DNA of 64,000 bases from an uncultured Methanosarcinales archaeon (GTDB lineage Archaea > Nanobdellota > Nanobdellia > Woesearchaeales > GW2011-AR9), in assembly GCA_964498285.1 (NCBI GenBank), contig CAZCGN010000001.1, forward strand, positions 175,916 through 239,915. The letters run 5' to 3'. The notes beneath the pieces were generated by a model. It did not search any database. It saw only the letters and a program-made list of their open reading frames with translations, and had not been told where the DNA came from. This document shows positions 38,278 to 46,468 of this stretch, in pieces; positions within the stretch are counted from its first letter, which is position 1, and each line of letters begins with the position of its first letter. The translations under genes were made by a program, and so were the position numbers.

Positions 38278-39479
38278 AACTCAAAGAATTTGAAGCAAAG
38301 AAACTTATCCAAGAAGTTGGGATTCCGACAAGTAAAGGGATTCTCATTACTGCAGAAGATGAAGTGCCAACAATCGCTGGGCCAACAATTGCCAAAGTTC
38401 AAACCATTGCAAATGGGCGGGGAAAGGCTGGCGGCATAAAAGTTATTGAAACATCGAAAGATGCTCAAGAATTTGCACGCAATTTTCTAGGAACAAAATT
38501 TTTAGGTGAGAAAATCGCTGAAATTCTCTTTGATCAGAAAGTTGATATAGCACAAGAATTCTATTTAGGTCTTCTTTTTGATACAACAAAACGCATGCCA
38601 GTGTTGGTTTTCTCTACACAAGGTGGAGTTGACATTGAAACACTAAGTAAAGAGTCTCCTGAAAAGATTCTTACACTTGAGATTGATTATCTTCAGGAAA
38701 TTACTCCTGCCCAAGCAGGTCTTGTAACACAGAGTTTGGAAATTGAAGAAAATGCAAAAAAGCAGCTACAAGATATTTTTACAAAACTCTTTACAGCATT
38801 CAAACGATTTGATTGTAAGATGATTGAGGTTAATCCACTTGTTCTCACGCCAAGCAATGATCTCATTGCTGTTGATTGTGTCGCTGTGCTTGACGATGAT
38901 GCAAAATATCGAAGGGAGATTGAATTTCCTGAGCGAACCGATACCCGTAAGGCAACAGACAGGGAAATAAGAGCACATCAAATTGATAAGGATGATCACA
39001 GAGGCGTTGCAGGAAAAACATACCTTGACCTTGATGGAGATATTGCGATCTTAACAAGTGGGGGTGGCGCTTCTATGACTCTTATGGACGCACTAGTAGA
39101 ATGTGGGGGTAAACCAGCAAACTTTACAGAGTATAGTGGAAACCCACCAATGGAAAAGGTTGAAAAGCTCACACAAATTGTGCTAGAAAAAGAAAATCTT
39201 TCTGGCCTTTTAATTGGAGGTGTTATTGCTAATTTTACTGATATTGCTGCAACTTTGCAAGGCGTTGTAAACATTTTGAAAGTAGTTAAGCCAACATATC
39301 CTATTGTTATTCGGCGTGCTGGACCGAATGATGATGAAGCAAAAAAAATGCTCGAAGAAGCCAGACAAGATTTTGGATTAAACATCCATTATTTTGATGA
39401 AAAAGTCCCACTTACAAAAGCTGCAAAGATCATGGTAGAACTATCAAACAAGTATAAAACAGAAAAAGGTGTGATGTGA
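38274..39479 (+). CDS. ATP-grasp subunit of citryl-CoA/succinyl-CoA synthetase type (SucC/CcsA/AclB-like)
   Basis: MKLKEFEAKKLIQEVGIPTSKG N-terminus like SucC, ATP-grasp region and C-terminal CoA-ligase domain. Overlaps the next gene by 4 nt. Confidence 0.6.
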   Translation: MKLKEFEAKKLIQEVGIPTSKGILITAEDEVPTIAGPTIAKVQTIANGRGKAGGIKVIETSKDAQEFARNFLGTKFLGEKIAEILFDQKVDIAQEFYLGLLFDTTKRMPVLVFSTQGGVDIETLSKESPEKILTLEIDYLQEITPAQAGLVTQSLEIEENAKKQLQDIFTKLFTAFKRFDCKMIEVNPLVLTPSNDLIAVDCVAVLDDDAKYRREIEFPERTDTRKATDREIRAHQIDKDDHRGVAGKTYLDLDGDIAILTSGGGASMTLMDALVECGGKPANFTEYSGNPPMEKVEKLTQIVLEKENLSGLLIGGVIANFTDIAATLQGVVNILKVVKPTYPIVIRRAGPNDDEAKKMLEEARQDFGLNIHYFDEKVPLTKAAKIMVELSNKYKTEKGVM

Positions 39480-40402
39480 TGAGCATACTCATAGATGAAC
39501 GGACTACTTTCCTAATTCAAGGGATTACTGGAAAACAAGGTGCTAGGGCGTGCTCAGAGATGCTCAAAGCTGGATCAAAAGTTGTGTGCGGCGTCACACC
39601 AAAAAAAGGTGGGCAAGAAGTTGAAGGAGTACCTGTCTTTAACTCTATTCAAGAAGCACTTGATTCTGGTCACACACCAACATGTAGTGTCATACTTGTG
39701 CCACCAAGATTTGCAAAAGGTGCAATTAAAGAAGCAATTACCGCATCAATTCCACTCATTAATGTCGTAACCGAAAATATCCCCATTCATGATATGGCAG
39801 AATGTTTTGCACTTGCAAAAAAGCAAGGGATTAGAATAGTTGGCCCCACCTCGGCAGGCATTTATTCTGTAGGAAAGTCAAAGTGCGGCCCAATTGCTTC
39901 AGGCAAATCAAAAATCGCATTTAGCAAAGGAACAATTGGCGTTATTTCTCGTAGTGGAGGAATGTCTTCTGAAACATCGTTAGTACTTAGTCAAGCGAGA
40001 CTCGGTCAATCAACTGTTGTAAGTTGCGGGAGTGACGTCCTTATGGGAGAAGCGTTTAGGGAACTTGTTCCACTCTTCGAAGAAGATTCCAAAACGCAAG
40101 GCATTGCTATTTTTGGGGAGATTGGAGGAACATCTGAAGAAGATCTTGCGGCATACTTAATACAACGTAAAAAGGAAGGCAAACCATTTACAAAACCAAT
40201 TGTAGCATTCATTTCAGGAACATTTGCTGAAAACCTAGGGATTCAAAATGTCTCGTTGGGACACGCTGGCGCCATTATCGAAGGAAATAAGGGAACACGA
40301 GAAAACAAAGTAAAAACTTTAAAAGAGGCAGGCGTTATTATTGCTCAAGTGCATCATGAAGTAGGTAACCTTATGAGAAAAGCGCTTGAAGAAGAGAGAT
40401 AG
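39476..40402 (+). CDS. CoA-binding/phosphohistidine subunit (SucD/CcsB-like)
   Basis: FLIQGITGKQGARACSEMLKAGSKVVCGVTPKKGG matches the SucD N-terminus. Active-site loop SLGHAGAIIEGNKGT. Confidence 0.65.
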   Translation: MMSILIDERTTFLIQGITGKQGARACSEMLKAGSKVVCGVTPKKGGQEVEGVPVFNSIQEALDSGHTPTCSVILVPPRFAKGAIKEAITASIPLINVVTENIPIHDMAECFALAKKQGIRIVGPTSAGIYSVGKSKCGPIASGKSKIAFSKGTIGVISRSGGMSSETSLVLSQARLGQSTVVSCGSDVLMGEAFRELVPLFEEDSKTQGIAIFGEIGGTSEEDLAAYLIQRKKEGKPFTKPIVAFISGTFAENLGIQNVSLGHAGAIIEGNKGTRENKVKTLKEAGVIIAQVHHEVGNLMRKALEEER

Positions 40403-40411
40403 CAATTAAAA

Positions 40412-41137
40412 ATGGAATATAAAACAAGAATCTCAAAATTACAAGAAGAACATACAATTAGAGGAGAAAAACTTTCCACGCTTGTGCAAAAAAATTCCTT
40501 TTCATACAATATTTTCTTTTTAGTTCTAGGAAGAAAGCCATCTGAAGCTGAAGCAACATTATTTGATAAGATGCTCAGTTGCGTGATTGACCATGGCATG
40601 GGTACAACTTCTTCTCAAACCGCAAGGTTCATAGCATCAGGTGGGAACGAGGTTAATGTTGCTGTTGGTGGCGCTCTTTTAAGTATTGGTGATTACCATG
40701 GTGGAGCTATTAAAAATGCAATGTCACAGTTCTATGCGTGGGAAAAATCGCAAAATGTCCAAGAACTTGTTGAGGAGATGATCACGCACAAGAAAACACT
40801 TTTTGGATTTGGTCATAAACACTATAAGAAAGGAGATCCGAGAGTTGCTGCACTTAAGGAAGAAATGAAACGTTTAGGATTTGAATCACGTTTTAGTAAA
40901 TATCTTGACATAGTTGAGGCAGCATTTGTAAAAGTAAAAGGAAGAGCAATTCTTGCAAATATCGATGGAATGATTGCTGCGCTCCTATGTGATTTTGGAG
41001 CTGATCCCAAACTTGGCAAAGGTTTTTTCCTTATTGGAAGAACTCCTGGACTTGTCGCACAGACAATTGAAGAACTCACGCATGAAAAGCCCGTTCGAAG
41101 AGTCCCTGAAGGCCAAATAGAGTACACTGAAGAGTAA
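40412..41137 (+). CDS. Short citrate-synthase-like protein (citryl-CoA lyase-type)
   Basis: 241 aa with citrate synthase C-terminal catalytic region (GGALLSIGDYHGGA, FGFGHKHYKKGDPRV) but lacking the N-terminal half of full-length citrate synthase. Confidence 0.5.
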   Translation: MEYKTRISKLQEEHTIRGEKLSTLVQKNSFSYNIFFLVLGRKPSEAEATLFDKMLSCVIDHGMGTTSSQTARFIASGGNEVNVAVGGALLSIGDYHGGAIKNAMSQFYAWEKSQNVQELVEEMITHKKTLFGFGHKHYKKGDPRVAALKEEMKRLGFESRFSKYLDIVEAAFVKVKGRAILANIDGMIAALLCDFGADPKLGKGFFLIGRTPGLVAQTIEELTHEKPVRRVPEGQIEYTEE

Positions 41138-41143
41138 TTGAGC

Positions 41144-41704
41144 TCATTTTGGTTTAATCCCTCGTTCTCTTAAACGATCTCGTAATCTTTGTCTTGCACG
41201 AAAAAGTCGATTCATAGCAGTCCCTTTTGGAATTGCTAAATGCTCTTGGATTTCTGAGTATGTTAAACCATCATAATGCCTAAGCCTAATTATCTGAGCG
41301 TGCGCAGGCGAAATTGTATCGAGCGCTTCTTCAATTCCTTCTCTAATTTGTCTAGCCCAAACTGGATCTGAATCATAACTAGGAGTTACCCAATTCTCGT
41401 CGAAACTAACTCTTCTTCCAACCAGATCTCTTCTTTTCTTTCTAGACCAATAATCTCTCACAACATTAACAGTAACCACCGTTGCCCAAGCCTTAAACGG
41501 CTTATCAGGATGATACGTATGTATGCCTCTAGTTATTCGCAGTAATGCTTCTTGTAAAAGATCCTCAGCAGTTGCTTCATCCCCCCTCAATAATTTCAAG
41601 ACCAACATATATGCCGATGGTTGGTACGAACGAAGAAGAGAATCTAAAGCTGAACTATCTCCTGCTACTGCTAACCTACCAAGATCTACTTCATCACAAC
41701 CCAT
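41144..41704 (-). CDS. ECF-type sigma-70 family RNA polymerase sigma factor (bacterial-type)
   Basis: Region 2 (EDLLQEALLRITRGIHTYHPDKPFKAWATVVTVNVVRDYWSRKKRR) and region 4 (LDTISPAHAQIIRLRHYDGLTYSEIQEHLAIPKGTAMNRLFRARQRLR). Confidence 0.7.
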   Translation of the reverse strand: MGCDEVDLGRLAVAGDSSALDSLLRSYQPSAYMLVLKLLRGDEATAEDLLQEALLRITRGIHTYHPDKPFKAWATVVTVNVVRDYWSRKKRRDLVGRRVSFDENWVTPSYDSDPVWARQIREGIEEALDTISPAHAQIIRLRHYDGLTYSEIQEHLAIPKGTAMNRLFRARQRLRDRLRERGIKPK

Positions 41705-41816
41705 CCCTTTCTCAATTTAAGACATTTATAAAAGTGTTTTGACATCTTTAAGCTAAAATTGCATCTTGTTTCTCACTTCCACAATCTTTTTAAGCCAAAC
41801 TTTACGATAAAATCTC

Positions 41817-43118
41817 ATGAAAATTAGTCTTTTTGGAACAGGTTATGTTGGCCTTGTGACTGGAGCATGTTTAGCAAACCTTGGTCACCAAGTTCTTTGT
41901 TGTGATGTTGACGAGCAGAAAGTTACTCTACTTAAAGAGAACAAAATTCCATTCTATGAACCAGGCCTTAAAGATCTTGTCGAAAGAGGACAAAAAACAG
42001 GCCGCCTTATGTTCACAACAGAAAATAAAAAGGCAGTGGAATTCGCACAAGTCATCTTTAATTGTGTAGGAACCCCAGCTAACGAAGATGGTTCGGCTGA
42101 TTTACAGTATATTTTCTCAGTAGTTGAGACAGTTGCACAAAATGCCACACTTCCAACTATTCTTATCAACAAAAGTACTGTTCCACCTGGAACTGCAAGA
42201 CGTTGTCAAGAAAAAATATTGTTGACCAATAATCAAAGTTTAGTGAGAGTTGTCTCAAACCCAGAATTTCTTAAAGAAGGAAGTGCCGTACATGATTTTA
42301 CACATCCTGACAAGATTGTTGTTGGTGCAAAGGATGCAATCGCATATGAAATTCTTCACAAGGTCTATTTTGGATTAGAAAGACCCTACATGAAAATTCT
42401 TGAAACGAGCTGGGAGACTTCAGAGATGATAAAATATGCAAATAATGCGTTTCTCTCAACTAAGATCAGTTTCATCAATGAAATTGCAAACATAAGTGAT
42501 GTTGTTGGAGCAGACATAAAAGTGATTTCACAAGCCCTTGGAAAGGACTACCGAATCAGCCCTAAATTCCTTAATGCAGGTATTGGCTACGCTGGAAGTT
42601 GCTTTCCTAAAGATGTCCAAGCATTAGCATCTGTTGCACAAACTAAAGGATACACTGCAAAATTGCTTAAAGAAGTGCACGAACTTAACGAAAGGCAAAA
42701 ACGGCTACTTCTGGGAAAAATTTCTTTGCGTTTTCCAGATCTTACTGGAAAAACGATCTCTCTTTTAGGTCTTTCATTCAAACCAAAAACAAGTGACATC
42801 AGATCCTCAGCCTCTCTTATTCTTATCAAAGAATTGCTCGAAAAAGGAGCAAATATTAGAGTGCACGATCCTGTTGCTAATAATGAAGTTGAAAAAATCT
42901 TTGGAAAACAAGTGACATACTGTTCATCTCCAATAGAGTGCGCAAAGGAAAGCTCAGCTCTTGTACTTGTGACAGAGTGGGACGAATTCCGTAACGTTGA
43001 TTTTAACCAGATTGGAAGTGTAATGAGAAAGAGAGTACTGTTTGATGGAAGAAATATTTACGATCCAGCAACACTTAAGTCATTAGGTTTTGAGTATGTA
43101 GGTATTGGAAGACAATGA
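41817..43118 (+). CDS. ugd: UDP-glucose/nucleotide-sugar 6-dehydrogenase
   Basis: MKISLFGTGYVGLVTGACLA Rossmann N-terminus and catalytic Cys region GYAGSCFPKD. 433 aa. Confidence 0.8.
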   Translation: MKISLFGTGYVGLVTGACLANLGHQVLCCDVDEQKVTLLKENKIPFYEPGLKDLVERGQKTGRLMFTTENKKAVEFAQVIFNCVGTPANEDGSADLQYIFSVVETVAQNATLPTILINKSTVPPGTARRCQEKILLTNNQSLVRVVSNPEFLKEGSAVHDFTHPDKIVVGAKDAIAYEILHKVYFGLERPYMKILETSWETSEMIKYANNAFLSTKISFINEIANISDVVGADIKVISQALGKDYRISPKFLNAGIGYAGSCFPKDVQALASVAQTKGYTAKLLKEVHELNERQKRLLLGKISLRFPDLTGKTISLLGLSFKPKTSDIRSSASLILIKELLEKGANIRVHDPVANNEVEKIFGKQVTYCSSPIECAKESSALVLVTEWDEFRNVDFNQIGSVMRKRVLFDGRNIYDPATLKSLGFEYVGIGRQ

Positions 43119-43984
43119 AAAAACCAAAAGTCTCTATTGTAATTATTTTTGATAAAATTAGGAAAGAAAAACTATTGCGCCTTCTTAACTCCTTTGCAAA
43201 ACAGATAGACCAGTATGAGACAGAAATTCTCTTTATGCACGAATCAGATACACACAAAAACTTCCCTCCCCTCCCAGTAGATGTCAGATACATTATAATT
43301 CCAAAAAATAAAGGCATCCCATTTAATAGGAATAAAGGTATTGAACATGCACAAGGAGACATTATTGTTTTCATTGATGATGATTGTTGGGTCCAACACA
43401 CCTGGCTCTCATCTCTAATTGAGCCATTACAAAAAGATGAAACAATTCTTGCAGTTACAAGCGGAACAAAAATACCTAAATCAAACCTTGTGGGGGACTG
43501 CATTTCTGCTCTGGGCTTTCCAGGAGGTGGCTCTTTAGGTTTTACAAAGGTGTGGAAAGTTTCTGGAAAAGGTTTTACAAACCATCTTGCTGTTGGAAAT
43601 TGTGCCTTACGAAGAGAATTATTTAAGAAAGTTGGCAAGTTTGATGAAACTATGAAATCCGGCGCTGAGGATGCTGAACTTTCTTTTAGAATGGAGCAAG
43701 CTAACATTCCAATCAAGTTTGCAAGTGGCGCATATGCATTTCATGAAGCCCGAACAACCCTCTCTTCCTTTATTAAGTGGCAACTACGCAGGGGGAAGGC
43801 AAACTATCAGTTTAAACAAAAAATAGGAAAAGTAGGTGGGTTCATTAAGCTACGATTGTGGTCTGCCAAAAACATTTTTTTGCAGAATATGTTTAATTGG
43901 AGATTGCCACTCATTTTTTCCTTCTTGATCCTTAGCTTTGTACTTCAACAAGTTGGATATTTCCTAGAGAAGCGAAGACACTAA
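43115..43984 (+). CDS. Family 2 glycosyltransferase
   Basis: VSIVIIFDK N-terminus, DDDC (DxD) motif and C-terminal TM helix. Overlaps ugd by 4 nt. Confidence 0.7.
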   Translation: MKKPKVSIVIIFDKIRKEKLLRLLNSFAKQIDQYETEILFMHESDTHKNFPPLPVDVRYIIIPKNKGIPFNRNKGIEHAQGDIIVFIDDDCWVQHTWLSSLIEPLQKDETILAVTSGTKIPKSNLVGDCISALGFPGGGSLGFTKVWKVSGKGFTNHLAVGNCALRRELFKKVGKFDETMKSGAEDAELSFRMEQANIPIKFASGAYAFHEARTTLSSFIKWQLRRGKANYQFKQKIGKVGGFIKLRLWSAKNIFLQNMFNWRLPLIFSFLILSFVLQQVGYFLEKRRH

Positions 43985-44280
43985 CAATGAGGAAGTTATG
44001 CTTAAGAGATAAGATTGTAGACTTTGTTTATACTGGAGCATAAAGGTTTGCAACAGAAACACTTTCTCCTGCGATATACGAGAGAAGAAATAACAGGAGT
44101 AATATCACTAATGGAGTTATCCACCATGCTTTTCGTACCTTAAGAAAATTCCAGGCCTTTTTTAGAAAAGAGGGATTTGAGTTTTCTGCTGCTGACATGG
44201 GAGAAAAGGAAAGTGAAAATTATTTAAATCTTTCTTTTAAACAGATAGCTTTTTAAAGAAGATCTCCCGTTGTCTAATTC

Positions 44281-44517
44281 ATGGATAAGGTAGATTTCAT
44301 AGAGTTTTGTGCGGAATTTTGGCAAATAGATAGGTCTGAGATCAGAGATGAAATGCAGCTTGATGATACAAATTTACCAAATAACAGCTCAATTAGATTC
44401 TACCAGTTCATAGCCATGCTCGAAGCCAAATTTGGTCTTCATGTACAAAACATCAACTCAATATCGACTTTTGGGGATTTGTACTTAGATCTTACAAAAT
44501 CCAGAGAACATTTATAA
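44281..44517 (+). CDS. Small carrier-protein-like protein (possible acyl/peptidyl carrier)
   Basis: 78 aa, four-helix-bundle-like pattern with a candidate Ser in NNSSIRFYQFIAMLE. Immediately upstream of acpS. Confidence 0.35.
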   Translation: MDKVDFIEFCAEFWQIDRSEIRDEMQLDDTNLPNNSSIRFYQFIAMLEAKFGLHVQNINSISTFGDLYLDLTKSREHL

Positions 44518-44541
44518 TTCTTTGTAAGTTTTGGGAACTCA

Positions 44542-44874
44542 ATGGTCCAAGGCATAGGAGTGGATATAGAAGAGATTGCACGTTTTAAAGAATCATATAA
44601 AGATGAACATTTTATCAACTTAGTTTTTACCCCTCGTGAAATTGCGTACTGTCAGAAGAAGAAAGAACCGTATATTAGTTTTGCAGGAAAATTTTGTGCC
44701 AAAGAAGCCGTAATTAAAGCAAGCAGCAAACCCCTTAGTGTTAAACAAATAGAGATTATAAATGAAAAAGATGGACAACCCACTGTCTTTATTAACGGGA
44801 TTAAAGAACCCTTCATTTCCTGTAGTATTTCGCACACAAAAGATAACGCCATAGCCTTTGTCATTATGAAATAA
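44542..44874 (+). CDS. acpS: Holo-ACP synthase (4'-phosphopantetheinyl transferase, AcpS type)
   Basis: GIGVDIEEIARF, FTPREIAYC, AGKFCAKEAVIKA and ISHTKDNAIAFV match AcpS signature blocks. 110 aa. Confidence 0.75.
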   Translation: MVQGIGVDIEEIARFKESYKDEHFINLVFTPREIAYCQKKKEPYISFAGKFCAKEAVIKASSKPLSVKQIEIINEKDGQPTVFINGIKEPFISCSISHTKDNAIAFVIMK

Positions 44875-44876
44875 AA

Positions 44877-45506
44877 ATGGAAGAGACGATTAGCAAGAAA
44901 CATAATTATTCCCAAGGTACCACCAGTTCTATTACAGTTCAGATTAAAAGTAGTAATATCCAAAAGGTAATTGAAAAGTTTAGAGAAGAAGAAAAACTGA
45001 ACATTAGTCCTGGAGATATAATTACCCATGCTGCTGGTCAGGCTTTACTAGATTTTCCTGAGTTTAATTCATCCTTTGCTAAGAAAGGAGAGCCATATCC
45101 TGATGTAAACATAGGCTATGCCATTAACCTTGGGCACGGACCAAAAACAGTTGTCATAAAAAGTGTTGCAAACAAATCTATTATTGAAGTTGCAAGTGAA
45201 GTTAAAAAATTGGCAGTAAAATATATTCGAAAAGAACTCTCAGAGGAAGATATGAATGGAGGGACTTTTTCTATATCGAACCTGTCTTCATTTGGAGTCC
45301 ACACAATGAACACCCCTACATTTGAGGATCAGTCCGCGTTACTTTCAATAAATTCAGAATATGACTCTATTGAATTCATTAAAGAAAGACCAATTCCAAT
45401 AAAACTATTTAACCTCTCACTCTCTTTTGATTTCCGTGTAGCAAACTGCCAACAAGCAGCTCAATTTTTAAAAAAAATTAAACATTTGCTTGAGAAATGT
45501 GACTAA
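44877..45506 (+). CDS. CAT / 2-oxoacid-dehydrogenase-E2-like acyltransferase fold protein
   Basis: C-terminal LSLSFDFRVANCQQAAQFL resembles the E2 DHRxxDG catalytic block, with Phe in place of the catalytic His. Confidence 0.35.
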   Translation: MEETISKKHNYSQGTTSSITVQIKSSNIQKVIEKFREEEKLNISPGDIITHAAGQALLDFPEFNSSFAKKGEPYPDVNIGYAINLGHGPKTVVIKSVANKSIIEVASEVKKLAVKYIRKELSEEDMNGGTFSISNLSSFGVHTMNTPTFEDQSALLSINSEYDSIEFIKERPIPIKLFNLSLSFDFRVANCQQAAQFLKKIKHLLEKCD

Positions 45507-45946
45507 CTTTTCAATTCCATAGTTTTATCTTCGAGAACGGTTACTTTGGCATTTCCATCAACAACAACTTCACCATTACAAATGATTTCTGTTTCCATAA
45601 TAATAACTCTTACACTATCAATCTTATCTTTAACTTTTCCCCGTATTAAAAGGGTAGAATTCGGATAGACTGGTTTTTTGAAATTTAGCTGTTGTGTTAA
45701 ACAAAGACATTTCTCACCTGGGCAAAGCATTCCAAAAAGAGTTGAAAAGTAGCTTGAAAGATGCAATCCGTGTGCAATAATTCCGTTAAACTGGGTCTTT
45801 TTGGCAAATGCTTCATCACAATGAAGGGGTTGCTTATTTCCCGTCAAAGAAATAAAATCATCAATACTCTCTTTTGTAAGAAGCTGAGTAAACTCAAACA
45901 CAGAACCAATTTTAATTTCCTCATAACTAAAACAGTTTGCATCCAT
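45503..45946 (-). CDS. MaoC-like hot-dog fold dehydratase
   Basis: 147 aa. Hot-dog core with GKVKDKIDSVRVIIMETEIICNGEVVVDG pattern. Confidence 0.55.
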   Translation of the reverse strand: MDANCFSYEEIKIGSVFEFTQLLTKESIDDFISLTGNKQPLHCDEAFAKKTQFNGIIAHGLHLSSYFSTLFGMLCPGEKCLCLTQQLNFKKPVYPNSTLLIRGKVKDKIDSVRVIIMETEIICNGEVVVDGNAKVTVLEDKTMELKS

Positions 45947-45949
45947 CTT

Positions 45950-46438
45950 TTATGTATTTTCACCTAAAGCCCCATGTTTTTTGAGAGCTTCTTTGATTTG
46001 GCCATATGTTCTAAGTTGCATAACTTCCTGTGTTGTAAACCTAACATTGAATGCTTTTTCTAAATCAGAAAAGAGCATCATACCTGCAAATGAATCATTT
46101 GATGTGAGCAAATCGCTGTTCAGACCTGCTTTAAGATCCTTTGTATCGATATTAAGATTTTTTTGAAGTATCTCCTGAAGTTTCTCTTCAGGAGTTTCCT
46201 TTTTCAACACTATCTGCTTACTTTGAAGAATTGTAATAATTTGTTCAACGTTGTTGAGTCGTAATATCTCTTCTTCTCTAAACGTAATGAGAAAAGATTT
46301 TTCAAGTTCAGCAATGATCTTAAAGTGGGCAAGAGAATCCCATCCTTCAACATTAAGCATTGAAGAATCAAGAGTGATTTTTGCTTGATCCAGACCTAAT
46401 GCTTGAGCCACAACTTCTTTAACTTTCTCATCAATCAT
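45950..46438 (-). CDS. Tandem (didomain) acyl carrier protein
   Basis: First domain has canonical LNVEGWDSLAHFKIIAELEKSF (DSL phosphopantetheine site). Second domain has TSNDSFAGMMLFSDLEKAF. Confidence 0.55.
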   Translation of the reverse strand: MIDEKVKEVVAQALGLDQAKITLDSSMLNVEGWDSLAHFKIIAELEKSFLITFREEEILRLNNVEQIITILQSKQIVLKKETPEEKLQEILQKNLNIDTKDLKAGLNSDLLTSNDSFAGMMLFSDLEKAFNVRFTTQEVMQLRTYGQIKEALKKHGALGENT

Positions 46439-46468
46439 TTTTTGCTCCCTCTAGCCAAATGGAGTTAT

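Noticed and set aside
38012-39385. Minus-strand ORFs overlapping the NTP-transferase and ATP-grasp genes (38012-38395, 38996-39385, others)
   Set aside because: Fully contained within strongly supported plus-strand genes and lacking motifs. Treated as antisense noise.
43985-44280. ~300-nt gap before the carrier-protein gene, possible small ORF or RNA
   Set aside because: No convincing structure or coding signal. Likely an operon promoter region.
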